Origin: Bacteroidales bacterium
GTDB lineage: Bacteria; Bacteroidota; Bacteroidia; Bacteroidales; ML635J-15
Assembly: GCA_003249955.1 (NCBI GenBank)
Contig: QKHS01000085.1
Span: forward strand, 1,212-65,211
DNA length: 64,000 bases
Direction: 5' to 3'
Shown here: in pieces, positions 20,034-29,715 of the stretch
How the letters are laid out: each line of letters starts with the position of its first letter
Numbering within the stretch: position 1 is the stretch's first letter
The notes under the pieces: model-generated
Seen by the model: only the letters and a program-made list of their open reading frames with translations
The model's database searches: none
What the model was told of the DNA's origin: nothing
Translations under genes and position numbers: made by a program

Positions 20034-23000
20034 TTAATAAACAACAGTTACGACTCCGGTATATTTATTTTTACCATTACGTATGTCAAGCACATACACA
20101 TAATTACCTGCAGGAACTAGGTTTCCTTTGTATTTACCATCCCAGAAAGGTTCTCCTCCTTCAGCCACATACATAGGTTGTCCCCAACGGTTATAAACCC
20201 ATAATATAGCACCGGGAAAAATGTTCCAGCCCTGTATTTCCCACGTATCGTTGAGTCCGTCACCATTAGGGGTAAATGCATTTGGAATTTTGATACAATC
20301 AACAGGAGTATCTTCCAGAACCAGAGTTCCGAGACTTAAGACACAATCATTGGAATCGGTGATTTCAACAAGATATTCTCCTTCTATAAGTTTTGAAATG
20401 AAGGATGTATCAATAAAGTAGTTTCCGAAACGATAGGAGTATGGAGATATTCCCCCATAAGGAGCCAGTATTATTTCGCCGTCATTATTGCCTCTGCAGC
20501 TTGGATTAATCAATATGTAATCGGCTGCAAGTGAAGAAGGTTGGCCGATAGATATAACCGTGTCTGCAATACACCCGTTATAATCCGTTACAGATGATGT
20601 GTATGTCCCTGCCGGTACTCCTGATTGTGCAGATCCGGCAAAACTGTAAATACCGTCAGTAGTCAGATAACTGTAAGGGTCGTATCCGCCGCTAGCCATT
20701 AAAAGTATTGCCCCGTCGTGAAATCCGTAACAAGTAACGTCTCGTGTTATGGCAGCTATGCTTAACTCTAAAGGTGCTTCGCTGATATTAAACTCAACGG
20801 TTTCCTGACAATTGTGGGCATCTGTTACTGTTACCGTATAATGTCCCGGTTCCAGATTTTCCTGAGAGTTGCCGGATATATTGTTACTCCACAAACTGGA
20901 ATATGGAGGGACTCCGCCTGAAATTGAAATCATGGCAGACCCGTTTGCGTCACCTTTGCATCTTATGTTTTCGGATTGTGAATTAACAATCAGTTGAGGC
21001 GGAGAATTAAGATTGACAATTCCTGCATCGGTACATCCGTTAGCATCTGTTACTGTGTATCCGAAATCAATATTTGGAGGAATGTTGGTATTGCTATAGG
21101 ATGTAGAGTTGTCCTGCCATAAAATTGTTAAAGGAGGTGTACCTCCAAATGAAGAGACATTTGCACTTACCGGATCTCCAAAACAACCTGCATTTATTGA
21201 CATAGCAGAAGATGTTATTTCTGCGGGTTCTGTTATTACAAAATTTTCTGTCAATGAGCAGTTGTGAGCATCATAAACGGTTACATTATAATTCCCGGGA
21301 CCAAGATCAGAAAGAGATACTCCTGTTGATGAATTGTTCCATACTCCTGAATACGGAGAGACACCTCCGGAAATGTTTAGCTGTATAGATCCGTTTGCAT
21401 CACCAAAACAAACAATATTGCTGTATGTCGGATTGCTAACCAGTTCTGAAGGAGAATTAAGATACACAAAATCTGATTCTGTACACAAATTTGCATCAGT
21501 GACTGTGTAATAGAAATTTGTGTTTCCAGGAATGTTATTATTGGTAAATGAATATGTTCCGTCTTGCCAGATTATTGATAGAGGAGCTGTTCCTCCGGTG
21601 GCATTTATCGTCGCACTTATGGGATCTCCGAAACAGTTTGCATTTACAAGTGTTTCGGTTATAATTAATTCTGGCGGGTCTGTCATAGTGAAATTTCCCG
21701 ACCCGTAACATCCGTTGGCATCTGTTACAGTATAGCTGTAATTCCCGGGGAATAATCCTGAAAGGGTAAATCCGCTGAATGAAGACGGGTTCCATGTGCA
21801 AGAATAAGGGCTTGTCCCTCCCGATGCTGTAACTGTGGCAGAACCATTGTGAAGCCCATGGCAACTGATGTCATGGTATTGTGATAACGTGACGTTAAGC
21901 GACGGAGGAACTGTCATTGTCCTGTTTGCAGAACTGGTACACCCGTTGGAATCAGTAACCGTAACAGAATAAGTTCCCGGACCCAGATTGATTATAGTGG
22001 CACTGGTTTGAGCAGGAGAAGTATTCCAGTAATACTGATATGGTGAGTCACCTCCTGACGGAACCGCGGTTAACTCTCCGTCAGTAAGACCGTTGCATGA
22101 AATATTCTGCTCGTTTATAGATGTGCTCAGGTTAATGAAAGTAACATCAGCGGTGGCGTTTGCCGAGCAACCCTGATTGTCGGAAATAGTGAGCGAGTAT
22201 GTTCCTGTTGCAGATACTGTGAATGTAGGAGTTGTTGCATTATTTTGCCAGAGAAAGTTTACCCCGCTGACATTAGGATTAATTACAAACGGGGTTCCGT
22301 TACAAACAATAGTATCGGTTATAAAATCAAACGGAGGCAAAGAATTTGTTGTGTGAACCACCATCTGAAGAGAATCTTCGACACAGGAGCCGTCCCGCGT
22401 AAAATACATTGTGGCAGTATATTCTCCTGCAGAAGCATAAATATGAAAAACATCTGTTCCTGTGGCTGTAGTATTGTCTCCAAAGTTAAAATGCACATTT
22501 GTAATGTTTGCCCCGTCAGTGTAAAATCCTACGCCGTTGGCGGTTTCTTCGCAATTAAGTGTATCCTGAAAAGTGTCGTATGAAATTGAGTCATTGCCAA
22601 TTACTATGTCGAAACGAACATTTAATGGTTGAATGTTCGCTCCGGCAAGGTATCCGTATGATTCAACATTTCCAAAGCCATAAACTGTCGAAAGTACTCC
22701 TTCTGAGCAGGTAATGACGTGTGTTCCCTGAGTAAGTGTTTTTCTTGCGCAGGAGTAAGACGGATTTGAAGCTACCGTGGTCCATCCGGTTACCGCTGCT
22801 CCATCGAGCTGAACAGTGGATGTATAAGGAGTTTCACAAACAAGATTTGTGTAAAACTGATTTATAGCAGTAGTATTAAAAGCCTGAAATACAATATAAT
22901 CCAGAGTTTGTTCAACGGGGGAAAGCATAATCATAAAAGGATCTGAAGTTACTCCGTCACAAGATGTTCCGCGACTATACTGTGCAACTGAAATAGGTTT

Positions 23001-23900
23001 GTTGCCAACAATATAAGAAGCAGAAGTAAGCATGGTTTCATAGAACTGACCGGCATTAATATTTATTCCTGCACCTCCGTTAATATTTATGGTTGTTGAG
23101 TTTTCTGAAGCCAGAATCCTGTATTGATCTCCGTTCCTTGTCATAAGTGGTACGGTAACATATTCTTTTCCCCATGCTTTTAAAGGAATCATTTGTTCAT
23201 ATAGATGGTCACAAAAGGAACATGATAACGGAACGTTTGCACATTGATTCCCGGCAAAAACCGCGAAATTGTTACAATTGCCTGTATTTGTTGCTGTTAC
23301 AGAAGAGCCGGTAAGATCTCCGCTACTTTTAACCATGTAAACCTGTCCGGCATTAAGTGTAACTGTAAAAGGAACATTGGCTCCGACTCCTCCTGTTACG
23401 GCTGCAGAAGGAATTACCTGAATAGAAGTATTGTCCTGCACCCCTACAATTACGAATTGTGATGGTTGGGAACTGAACGTACTGTAAGTATTTACAATAT
23501 ACGAATCACCAAGTGCGTGAACCGGTAAAACCAGGGTTGCATCAGAAGAGGCATCACGCTGGTTGGCAGAATATACCGCAATTGTATTATTGGAAACTAT
23601 GTGCACCCCTTTGTTTATAACCGAATTACCTACATCAACGGCAGCATTCTGAGCAGCAGGAATCAGGATGTAAACAGATCCGTTTGCTGGTATTGTAAAT
23701 GCCTGACTCCATCCGGAACCGGGAATACTTGCGGTACCGGTTGCTCCTACATCAGATGTAAGATATAGCTGAGTGTTCTCAGGATCATCAAAATTCTGCA
23801 TATATGACAGCCAGAATTCTGTCCCGGTGGTGTTGTATTGCGAAAATGTACAGATAGTCGTACATAAAAATAAAATTATTAGTACAAAAGCCTTTTTCAT
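20034..23900 (-). CDS. T9SS type B (gliding-motility-associated CHU_C-type) C-terminal-domain adhesin-like protein with SprB repeats
   Basis: 1288 aa with signal peptide. The N-terminus resembles the IgGFc-binding-protein N-terminal domain. PKD-like segment (FNFGDNTTATG...GEYTATMYF). About 9 Cys-containing SprB-type modules (C-x-G-x-x-[DN]G...GG-x-x-PY). C-terminus is IPNAFTPNGDGLNDTWEI...YNRWGQ. Confidence 0.9.
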   Translation of the reverse strand: MKKAFVLIILFLCTTICTFSQYNTTGTEFWLSYMQNFDDPENTQLYLTSDVGATGTASIPGSGWSQAFTIPANGSVYILIPAAQNAAVDVGNSVINKGVHIVSNNTIAVYSANQRDASSDATLVLPVHALGDSYIVNTYSTFSSQPSQFVIVGVQDNTSIQVIPSAAVTGGVGANVPFTVTLNAGQVYMVKSSGDLTGSSVTATNTGNCNNFAVFAGNQCANVPLSCSFCDHLYEQMIPLKAWGKEYVTVPLMTRNGDQYRILASENSTTININGGAGININAGQFYETMLTSASYIVGNKPISVAQYSRGTSCDGVTSDPFMIMLSPVEQTLDYIVFQAFNTTAINQFYTNLVCETPYTSTVQLDGAAVTGWTTVASNPSYSCARKTLTQGTHVITCSEGVLSTVYGFGNVESYGYLAGANIQPLNVRFDIVIGNDSISYDTFQDTLNCEETANGVGFYTDGANITNVHFNFGDNTTATGTDVFHIYASAGEYTATMYFTRDGSCVEDSLQMVVHTTNSLPPFDFITDTIVCNGTPFVINPNVSGVNFLWQNNATTPTFTVSATGTYSLTISDNQGCSANATADVTFINLSTSINEQNISCNGLTDGELTAVPSGGDSPYQYYWNTSPAQTSATIINLGPGTYSVTVTDSNGCTSSANRTMTVPPSLNVTLSQYHDISCHGLHNGSATVTASGGTSPYSCTWNPSSFSGFTLSGLFPGNYSYTVTDANGCYGSGNFTMTDPPELIITETLVNANCFGDPISATINATGGTAPLSIIWQDGTYSFTNNNIPGNTNFYYTVTDANLCTESDFVYLNSPSELVSNPTYSNIVCFGDANGSIQLNISGGVSPYSGVWNNSSTGVSLSDLGPGNYNVTVYDAHNCSLTENFVITEPAEITSSAMSINAGCFGDPVSANVSSFGGTPPLTILWQDNSTSYSNTNIPPNIDFGYTVTDANGCTDAGIVNLNSPPQLIVNSQSENIRCKGDANGSAMISISGGVPPYSSLWSNNISGNSQENLEPGHYTVTVTDAHNCQETVEFNISEAPLELSIAAITRDVTCYGFHDGAILLMASGGYDPYSYLTTDGIYSFAGSAQSGVPAGTYTSSVTDYNGCIADTVISIGQPSSLAADYILINPSCRGNNDGEIILAPYGGISPYSYRFGNYFIDTSFISKLIEGEYLVEITDSNDCVLSLGTLVLEDTPVDCIKIPNAFTPNGDGLNDTWEIQGWNIFPGAILWVYNRWGQPMYVAEGGEPFWDGKYKGNLVPAGNYVYVLDIRNGKNKYTGVVTVVY

Positions 23901-23928
23901 AATTTAGCAAGTTGGAATTTTTTCATAA

Positions 23929-23936
23929 CAAATATA
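23929..23936 (-). promoter_or_regulatory. -7 box TAnnTTTG (minus strand)
   Basis: The reverse complement reads TATATTTG, 29 nt upstream of the ATG at 23900. Confidence 0.45.
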
Positions 23937-24098
23937 GTTAAATATTTGATTAATAACACAATACAAATAAAAAAATATAATTTTCAAAAGATATTAATAA
24001 TTGTGTATTAATGAAGCGTTTTTAATCTTTGAATGAACCGCTTGCTTAATAACAGGCTTTCTCAGTAAAAAATCAGTTTTATGATAAGTTAAAAATAG

Positions 24099-24106
24099 TA
24101 TTTTTG
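24099..24106 (+). promoter_or_regulatory. -7 box TAnnTTTG
   Basis: TATTTTTG, 20 nt upstream of the ATG at 24126. The extended string TATTTTTGTAAAAATC is shared with 7716-7731. Confidence 0.5.
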
Positions 24107-24125
24107 TAAAAATCTTATAATTAAG

Positions 24126-24869
24126 ATGACGAATATTTCTTTAGTTTCATACAGTAATACTTTGCCATTTAAGTATGCACTGGCAAATTCGGACTATATT
24201 TCAGGAAATGCAGTCCTCAATGAGCGCAATCCTGCTGATTGTGCTGCGGATCTTATAAGCGGAGAGGCAGACATTGCATTGCTGCCTGTCGGAGCTTTAT
24301 CTTTGCTGACAAATTACAGAATAATCTCTGATTTTTGTTTGTCTGCTTATAAAAAGGTAGAATCTGTATTGCTTTTGTCGGAACGTCCAAAAGAAGAGAT
24401 TACGGAAATTATACTGGACTACCAATCCAGAACATCTGTTAAACTGATAAAAGTACTGGCAGAAAATTATTGGAAAGAAAAGTTCCTGTATTCTGATGCA
24501 AAGCCGGGATTTGAAAATCATATTTCAGGTACAAAAGCTGCTGTGGTAATAGGAGACAGAGCGTTGAATATCAGAAATTCATACAGGTATGTTTACGATC
24601 TGGCAGAAGAATGGTATAACTTTACAGGAATGCCTGCCGTTTTTGCAGTTTGGGTTACCAGAAAAGATATAAGTCCTGATTTTCTTTATAATTTTAATAA
24701 TGTGCTCAGGTCAGGGGTTGAAAACAGATTGGAGATCGCAAAAAAAATGTCAGCAAATTATCCCGGTTTTGATCTGGAAAATTATTTGGGAACATGCATA
24801 GATTATCGTTTTGATGAAAAAAAGAAGGAAAGCATGAATATGTTTTTTGATATGGAACGCAGGTTGTAA
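24126..24869 (+). CDS. mqnA: menaquinone biosynthesis protein, MqnA-like (futalosine pathway, chorismate dehydratase family)
   Basis: 247 aa. The N-terminal VSYSNTLPFKYAL and DIALLPVGAL blocks are typical of the VitK2_biosynth/MqnA family. Confidence 0.75.
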   Translation: MTNISLVSYSNTLPFKYALANSDYISGNAVLNERNPADCAADLISGEADIALLPVGALSLLTNYRIISDFCLSAYKKVESVLLLSERPKEEITEIILDYQSRTSVKLIKVLAENYWKEKFLYSDAKPGFENHISGTKAAVVIGDRALNIRNSYRYVYDLAEEWYNFTGMPAVFAVWVTRKDISPDFLYNFNNVLRSGVENRLEIAKKMSANYPGFDLENYLGTCIDYRFDEKKKESMNMFFDMERRL

Positions 24870-24942
24870 TCTGATTTGTTTACAGTAGTTTTTAATTTTA
24901 ATAAAAAAAGCTTATTTTAGCAAAGTTAAAAACCCCGACCAA

Positions 24943-26520
24943 ATGAAAAGAATATTTATTTTTACCGTGTTTGCCTTTTGCTTTTCTGCCTTGTTTTCGC
25001 AGGAAGACTTAAGCAAGTCTGACTGGAAAATGACTCAGGCCAAATTGTTATTCGAAGATAATAAAACAGAAGAAGCTCTTGGTGTGTATATGGAGTTACT
25101 TGCAGCTTATCCTTCGGATGCATTTTTAAATTACAGGATTGCAGAGTGTTATTATAAAACTGTTGACTTCGCACAATCGTTGAAATATCTTGACATTGCT
25201 CAGTTAAACTGCAAAGAGGAGGCTTTGTCAAAAGAAATATATTATCTGAAAGCCTGTAATTTTCATAAATTAAATGATTTTGATAAAGCTACAGATAATT
25301 TAAATCCCGTGAATAAAGGTACCGCTTTGGTTGACAGTACCGGAGTTGCAGTTCTGATTAGTCAGGTTAGCCTTGCGAAAACAGCTTTTGAGCATCCGGG
25401 AAATTACAGTGTGGTGAATGCAGGAGATTCTGTTAACAGTAGCTTTAACGAAATATTTCCGGTATGTTCCAGAGCAGAGTCAAAACTTTATTTTACTTCC
25501 GACAGACAAATAAAAGAAAGCCAGGAGAAGAGTCTGATAACAAATAATTATCTTTATTCGGTGTTTGAATCAATGGCCGAACCGGATAGGTTTTCTGCTC
25601 CTGTATTGGTAGATGAAGTATTTGCATCGGACCGGAATTTTATTCTAAGCTCGGTTTCTGCTGGTGATGCGACTTTTTTCCTGTATAAAAATTCTCCTGA
25701 ATTAAAAGATGCCGGTGATATTTATTCAGATACAAAAGATACTGATGAGGATTTTACCGATTCTGAAAAAATACCAGGTCTGTTCAATACTGAGTTTTAT
25801 GAAAATACTCCAAGTTTCGATTTTATAAATAATAAACTGTATTTTGTCTCAACCCGCCGTGATAAAGAAAAAAAGAAACCGGATGTTTTTATGTCACTGT
25901 ATTTTAAAGATAAATTCGTTGAGCCGGAAATATGTAAAATAAGTCCGGCTTATGACAAGGCTTTTGTTTATGTGCATCCCGGAGGAGATTTTATGGTTAT
26001 TTCTATGAATTGTGAGAAATCAATAGGCGGGTACGATTTGTTTATAAGTTATAATGATAACGGCAAATGGACAGAGCCTGTGAATATGGGATATCCTGTA
26101 AATACCTGTTCGGATGAAACACAGTTTAATCTTTCTTCGGACGGTAAAACAGCATATATAAGTTCTGACAGGCCGGGAGGTAAAGGAGGGTACGACATTT
26201 ATGTTGTGGATGCCGGTGCATATTTTGCAGAAAAGAACCTGAGTATTTCTTCGCTTGTACTGTTTGCCGGTCAGGTTACAGATGATGAAGGAACGGGGGT
26301 TGAAACAGTAATTAAAGTAAGTGACAATTCTGATTCAAAAAACACACAGCAGATAAAAACAGACAGCGATGGGTATTACTCGTTCGTTGTAAAAGCAAAC
26401 CGAAAATATAATCTGCAGATTAAGGAAAAAATATATGCGGAATATCTTGAAGAGTTAGATCTTATGAATGTTCCGGACGGAAACGTTGAAAAAGATTTTG
26501 AGTTGGTAAAAAAGCCATAA
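24943..26520 (+). CDS. secreted TPR plus PD40/TolB-like beta-propeller repeat protein with a carboxypeptidase-regulatory-like C-terminal domain
   Basis: 525 aa with signal peptide. TPR-like N-terminus. PD40-like blocks (LYFTSDR, LYFVSTRRD, AYISSDRPGGKGGYDIY). No OmpA-like domain follows. Confidence 0.7.
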   Translation: MKRIFIFTVFAFCFSALFSQEDLSKSDWKMTQAKLLFEDNKTEEALGVYMELLAAYPSDAFLNYRIAECYYKTVDFAQSLKYLDIAQLNCKEEALSKEIYYLKACNFHKLNDFDKATDNLNPVNKGTALVDSTGVAVLISQVSLAKTAFEHPGNYSVVNAGDSVNSSFNEIFPVCSRAESKLYFTSDRQIKESQEKSLITNNYLYSVFESMAEPDRFSAPVLVDEVFASDRNFILSSVSAGDATFFLYKNSPELKDAGDIYSDTKDTDEDFTDSEKIPGLFNTEFYENTPSFDFINNKLYFVSTRRDKEKKKPDVFMSLYFKDKFVEPEICKISPAYDKAFVYVHPGGDFMVISMNCEKSIGGYDLFISYNDNGKWTEPVNMGYPVNTCSDETQFNLSSDGKTAYISSDRPGGKGGYDIYVVDAGAYFAEKNLSISSLVLFAGQVTDDEGTGVETVIKVSDNSDSKNTQQIKTDSDGYYSFVVKANRKYNLQIKEKIYAEYLEELDLMNVPDGNVEKDFELVKKP

Positions 26521-26522
26521 TT

Positions 26523-26945
26523 ATGAATTTTATAGTCAGGAAATTTACAGACAGCGACTATGATGCTGTTCTGGAAGTCTGGAAACAGACTGACATGGGA
26601 GGAGCACACAGGGGAGATAATCTCCGGGTGATTAATGATACGCTTAAAAATGGGGGAGTTCTATTTGTTCTTACCGAAGAAAAAAACGGAAACCTTGTAG
26701 GAACATCGTGGATTACTAACGACAGCCGCAGGCTTTATCTTCACCACTTCGGAATTTTGCCGGAATATCAGGGTAAAGGATTAAGCAATTTACTGATGGA
26801 GAAATCTATGCAATATGCAAAGGAAACAAAGCTACAGATTAAACTCGAAGTACATAAGCAAAATTCTGTAGCCCGTAAATTGTATGAGAAATACGGGTTT
26901 AAATATCTTGGCGATTACGATGTTTTTATTGTGAGGGATATATAG
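26523..26945 (+). CDS. GNAT family N-acetyltransferase
   Basis: 140 aa. Acetyl-CoA-binding block ILPEYQGKGLSNLLM and C-terminal ARKLYEKYGF. Confidence 0.85.
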   Translation: MNFIVRKFTDSDYDAVLEVWKQTDMGGAHRGDNLRVINDTLKNGGVLFVLTEEKNGNLVGTSWITNDSRRLYLHHFGILPEYQGKGLSNLLMEKSMQYAKETKLQIKLEVHKQNSVARKLYEKYGFKYLGDYDVFIVRDI

Positions 26946-26961
26946 TGGCAATGTGAAAAGT

Positions 26962-27450
26962 TAATTAGCCACGAAAGCCCGAAATCACAAAAAAATAAGA
27001 CTCCTTTAGTGTATTGGTGTTTTAGTGGCAACATAAAAAAGGTAATAGAAATTAATTTAATAGCCACAAAAGCACGAAAGCACAAAAAAAAGGAATTAGC
27101 CTTTATTGTTTTAGTGTCTTGGTGGCAAAAAAAATAGTCATAAAGGCAGTGTAAAAGTTAACTAGCCACAAAAGCACGAAAAAGAAAACCCCTGTGATGT
27201 TTTAACTTAGCTGACGGGCTAAAACCTTTGGTGGCGAAAGAAATAAAAATTAAGTAGGTATAAAGTCCGTTGTCTGAGCGTAGCCGAAGGCAACAATTAA
27301 AAATAATTAGCCACGAAAGCCCGAAATCACAAAAAAAAACCTTTAGTGTCTTAGTGATTTAGTTGCGAAAAAAAATAAATAAACTTTGTGACTTAGTGCC
27401 TTCGTGGCAAAAAAAAAGAAAAAACTTAGTGTCTTCGTGCCTTGGTGGCA
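26962..27450. repeat. cluster of imperfect palindromic (REP/BIME-like) units built from tandem octamers
   Basis: Forward arms GCCAC[GA]AAAGC[CA]CGAAA[TG]CACAAA at 26968, 27063, 27165 and 27310. Reverse arms CTT[TA]GTG-type x3 ending GTGGC at 27004, 27101, about 27192-27235, 27341, 27384 and 27425. Exact 34-nt direct repeat at 26962-26995 and 27304-27337. Confidence 0.85.
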
Positions 27451-27513
27451 AAATAAAACAGAACTTAATATTAGTTTTGCAGTTTATTATTAAAAATATT
27501 AAATTTAAACAGC

Positions 27514-28806
27514 TTGAACCGTCAAATCCTGAAACTCGCAATTCCCAATGTAATCAGTAATATTACCGTTCCTTTGGTTGGTATTGTTGACATTGCGCTG
27601 GTTGGCCGTTTGGGATCATCTGCATATATCGGGGGAGTTGGTTTCGGTTCTATGGTGTTTACTCTCATATACACCGGTCTGGCTTTTCTTAGGATGGGAA
27701 CCGGCGGGCTTACTGCGCAAGCTTACGGGGCATCAGATTTTAGAGAATCGGCTTCTGTCTTATTGAGAGCTTTGTCTTTTTCCGTGTTGGCCGGATTTGC
27801 TTTGATTTTTCTGCAAATGCCGATAGAGAGATTCCTTATTTCAAACCTTGATGGTTCTGCCGAAGCTTTAGGATATGCAGGAGAGTATTTCCGTACACGT
27901 ATTTATGCAGCACCGGCAACTCTTTCGGTTTTTGTCTTTATGGGATGGTTTATAGGGATGCAGAATTCAAAAATTCCAATGATTATTACCATAATTATAA
28001 GTTTGTCGAATGTCGCATTAAGCAGTCTTTTTGTAATAGGTTTGGGAATGGGAATAAAAGGCGTTGCTTTGGGAACTGTAATTTCACAATATACAGGACT
28101 TGCCTGCAGCATTATTTTTTATCTTACTTATTTTAAGCGTATTTCATTGTTCTTCAGGCTCAGATCAGTGTTAAATCTTGTTGAAGTTAAGAGGTTTTTT
28201 GCGGTTAGTCGCGATATCTTTATCCGGTCTTTGTTATTAACCGGAAGTTTTTTCCTTTTTAATGCTGTTTCGGCATCTATGGGAGATGATACACTTGCTT
28301 TGAATTCGGTGATGCTGCAGTTCTTGTGGTTTTTTGCATATGTGGTCGATGGCTTTTCGTATGCAGGCGGGACACTTGCCGGAAGATATAAGGGAGCAAA
28401 AAACAAAGTGTTGCTTACTGATTCTGTTCAGAAATCTTTTTTGTTTGCTTTGTATATAGCTTTGGGATTTACAGTAATTTATCTTTTTGCAGCAATGCCG
28501 ATATTCAGAGCTCTTACAGACAATAGTTCCGTACTTGAGCTTGCAGGTTCCTACCTTATATGGATATGGCTTATGCCGCTTACAAGTTTTGCCGCTTTTC
28601 TTTACGACGGAGTTTATGTAGGAGTTACCGAAACTGCAACAATGCGGAACATTATGATAGTAACAATACTTGTAATTTTTATCCCGTTGCTTTTTACTCT
28701 TAAACACTATGCCGGTAATCAGGGAATGTGGGTTGCCTTAACTATAATGATGATTGCAAGAGGAGCAGGGTTGGGGATGTTTTTAAAATCCAAAGTTCTG
28801 AGATAA
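27514..28806 (+). CDS. MATE family efflux transporter (DinF-like)
   Basis: 430 aa with 12 hydrophobic segments. The N-terminus ILKLAIPNVISNITVPLVGIVDIALVGRLG is typical of MATE proteins. TTG start. Confidence 0.9.
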   Translation: MNRQILKLAIPNVISNITVPLVGIVDIALVGRLGSSAYIGGVGFGSMVFTLIYTGLAFLRMGTGGLTAQAYGASDFRESASVLLRALSFSVLAGFALIFLQMPIERFLISNLDGSAEALGYAGEYFRTRIYAAPATLSVFVFMGWFIGMQNSKIPMIITIIISLSNVALSSLFVIGLGMGIKGVALGTVISQYTGLACSIIFYLTYFKRISLFFRLRSVLNLVEVKRFFAVSRDIFIRSLLLTGSFFLFNAVSASMGDDTLALNSVMLQFLWFFAYVVDGFSYAGGTLAGRYKGAKNKVLLTDSVQKSFLFALYIALGFTVIYLFAAMPIFRALTDNSSVLELAGSYLIWIWLMPLTSFAAFLYDGVYVGVTETATMRNIMIVTILVIFIPLLFTLKHYAGNQGMWVALTIMMIARGAGLGMFLKSKVLR

Positions 28807-28855
28807 TATAGTTTTTATAAATTTTTCTAAACAGTTACATGAAAAATTAACATTA

Positions 28856-29575
28856 ATGAAAAGTTGGACAACTCAAAAAGGGAGTAAAATATATCAGGTT
28901 CTGGGCGGACGAAGTAATTCTTATCTTATTTCAGCAGGCAATCATAATATTTTGGTTGATACCGGCAAGTTATCTGCATTTACAAGGCTTAACGAAAATA
29001 TTAATCGTCTGGAGTTTTCGTGTCAGGATATTGAATTTTTGATATTGACACATACACATTTTGATCATTGTCAGTCTGCAAAAAGAATCAAAGATCAATT
29101 TAATTGTCAGATTATTGTTTCAGATAAGGCAGCCGGATCAGTTAAAAACGGGTACACTGCTTTACCGTCAGGAACTAATTTCTTTTCAGGTTTAATTTCC
29201 GGATCAGGCAGGAGGATCGGAAAAACAAGATTCGGATATGAATCGTTTGAGCCGGATGTGCTGATAGAAGGAGAATATAAATTACACAGAAATGATGCAG
29301 ATATTAAAATAATTGAAACCGGAGGGCATTCTCCTGACTCGTTGAGCATAATTGTTGACAATGAAATTGCCGTTGTCGGAGATGCTATGTTCGGGATATT
29401 CCGAAATTCAGTGTTACCTCCGTTTGCAGATAATATTGATGATATGGTAAAAAGCTGGGGAAAACTATTGAAAACCGGTTGTAATACTTTTTTACCCGGA
29501 CATGGCAGTGAAGTTAAACGACAGTTGCTGCAAAAAGAATATGACCTGTTTGTACGAAACCGTAATCTCATTTAA
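28856..29575 (+). CDS. MBL-fold metallo-hydrolase
   Basis: 239 aa. HxHxDH motif (THTHFDHC) and downstream GGHSPDS. Confidence 0.85.
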   Translation: MKSWTTQKGSKIYQVLGGRSNSYLISAGNHNILVDTGKLSAFTRLNENINRLEFSCQDIEFLILTHTHFDHCQSAKRIKDQFNCQIIVSDKAAGSVKNGYTALPSGTNFFSGLISGSGRRIGKTRFGYESFEPDVLIEGEYKLHRNDADIKIIETGGHSPDSLSIIVDNEIAVVGDAMFGIFRNSVLPPFADNIDDMVKSWGKLLKTGCNTFLPGHGSEVKRQLLQKEYDLFVRNRNLI

Positions 29576-29650
29576 GCAAAATGTTAACATGGGGCTCAAT
29601 ATTTATGTGTCAGAATAAATATCCTGATAATTACTGTAATCAAAAAATAT

Positions 29651-29658
29651 TAACTTTG
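29651..29658 (+). promoter_or_regulatory. -7 box TAnnTTTG
   Basis: TAACTTTG, 58 nt upstream of the ATG at 29716. Confidence 0.4.
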
Positions 29659-29715
29659 TGAAGTTACTCAAAAGCTTTTAACCCAAAACTAATTTACAAC
29701 CATAAAACAAAAAAT

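Noticed and set aside
19589-20176. A 195-aa plus-strand ORF. Similar long antisense ORFs occur at 28237-28707, 29107-29571, 34459-34851, 45401-45760, 46589-47008 and 50952-51395.
   Set aside because: All lie antisense to genes with strong family signatures (kdsA, MATE, MBL, ppdK, acetyl-CoA synthetase, ABC-F). They have low-complexity Ser/Phe/Ile-rich translations typical of shadow ORFs.
26962-27450. Possible CRISPR array, given the many short repeats in a non-coding stretch.
   Set aside because: The units occur in both orientations and pair as palindromes. Repeat and spacer lengths are irregular, the repeats are degenerate, and no cas genes are nearby.
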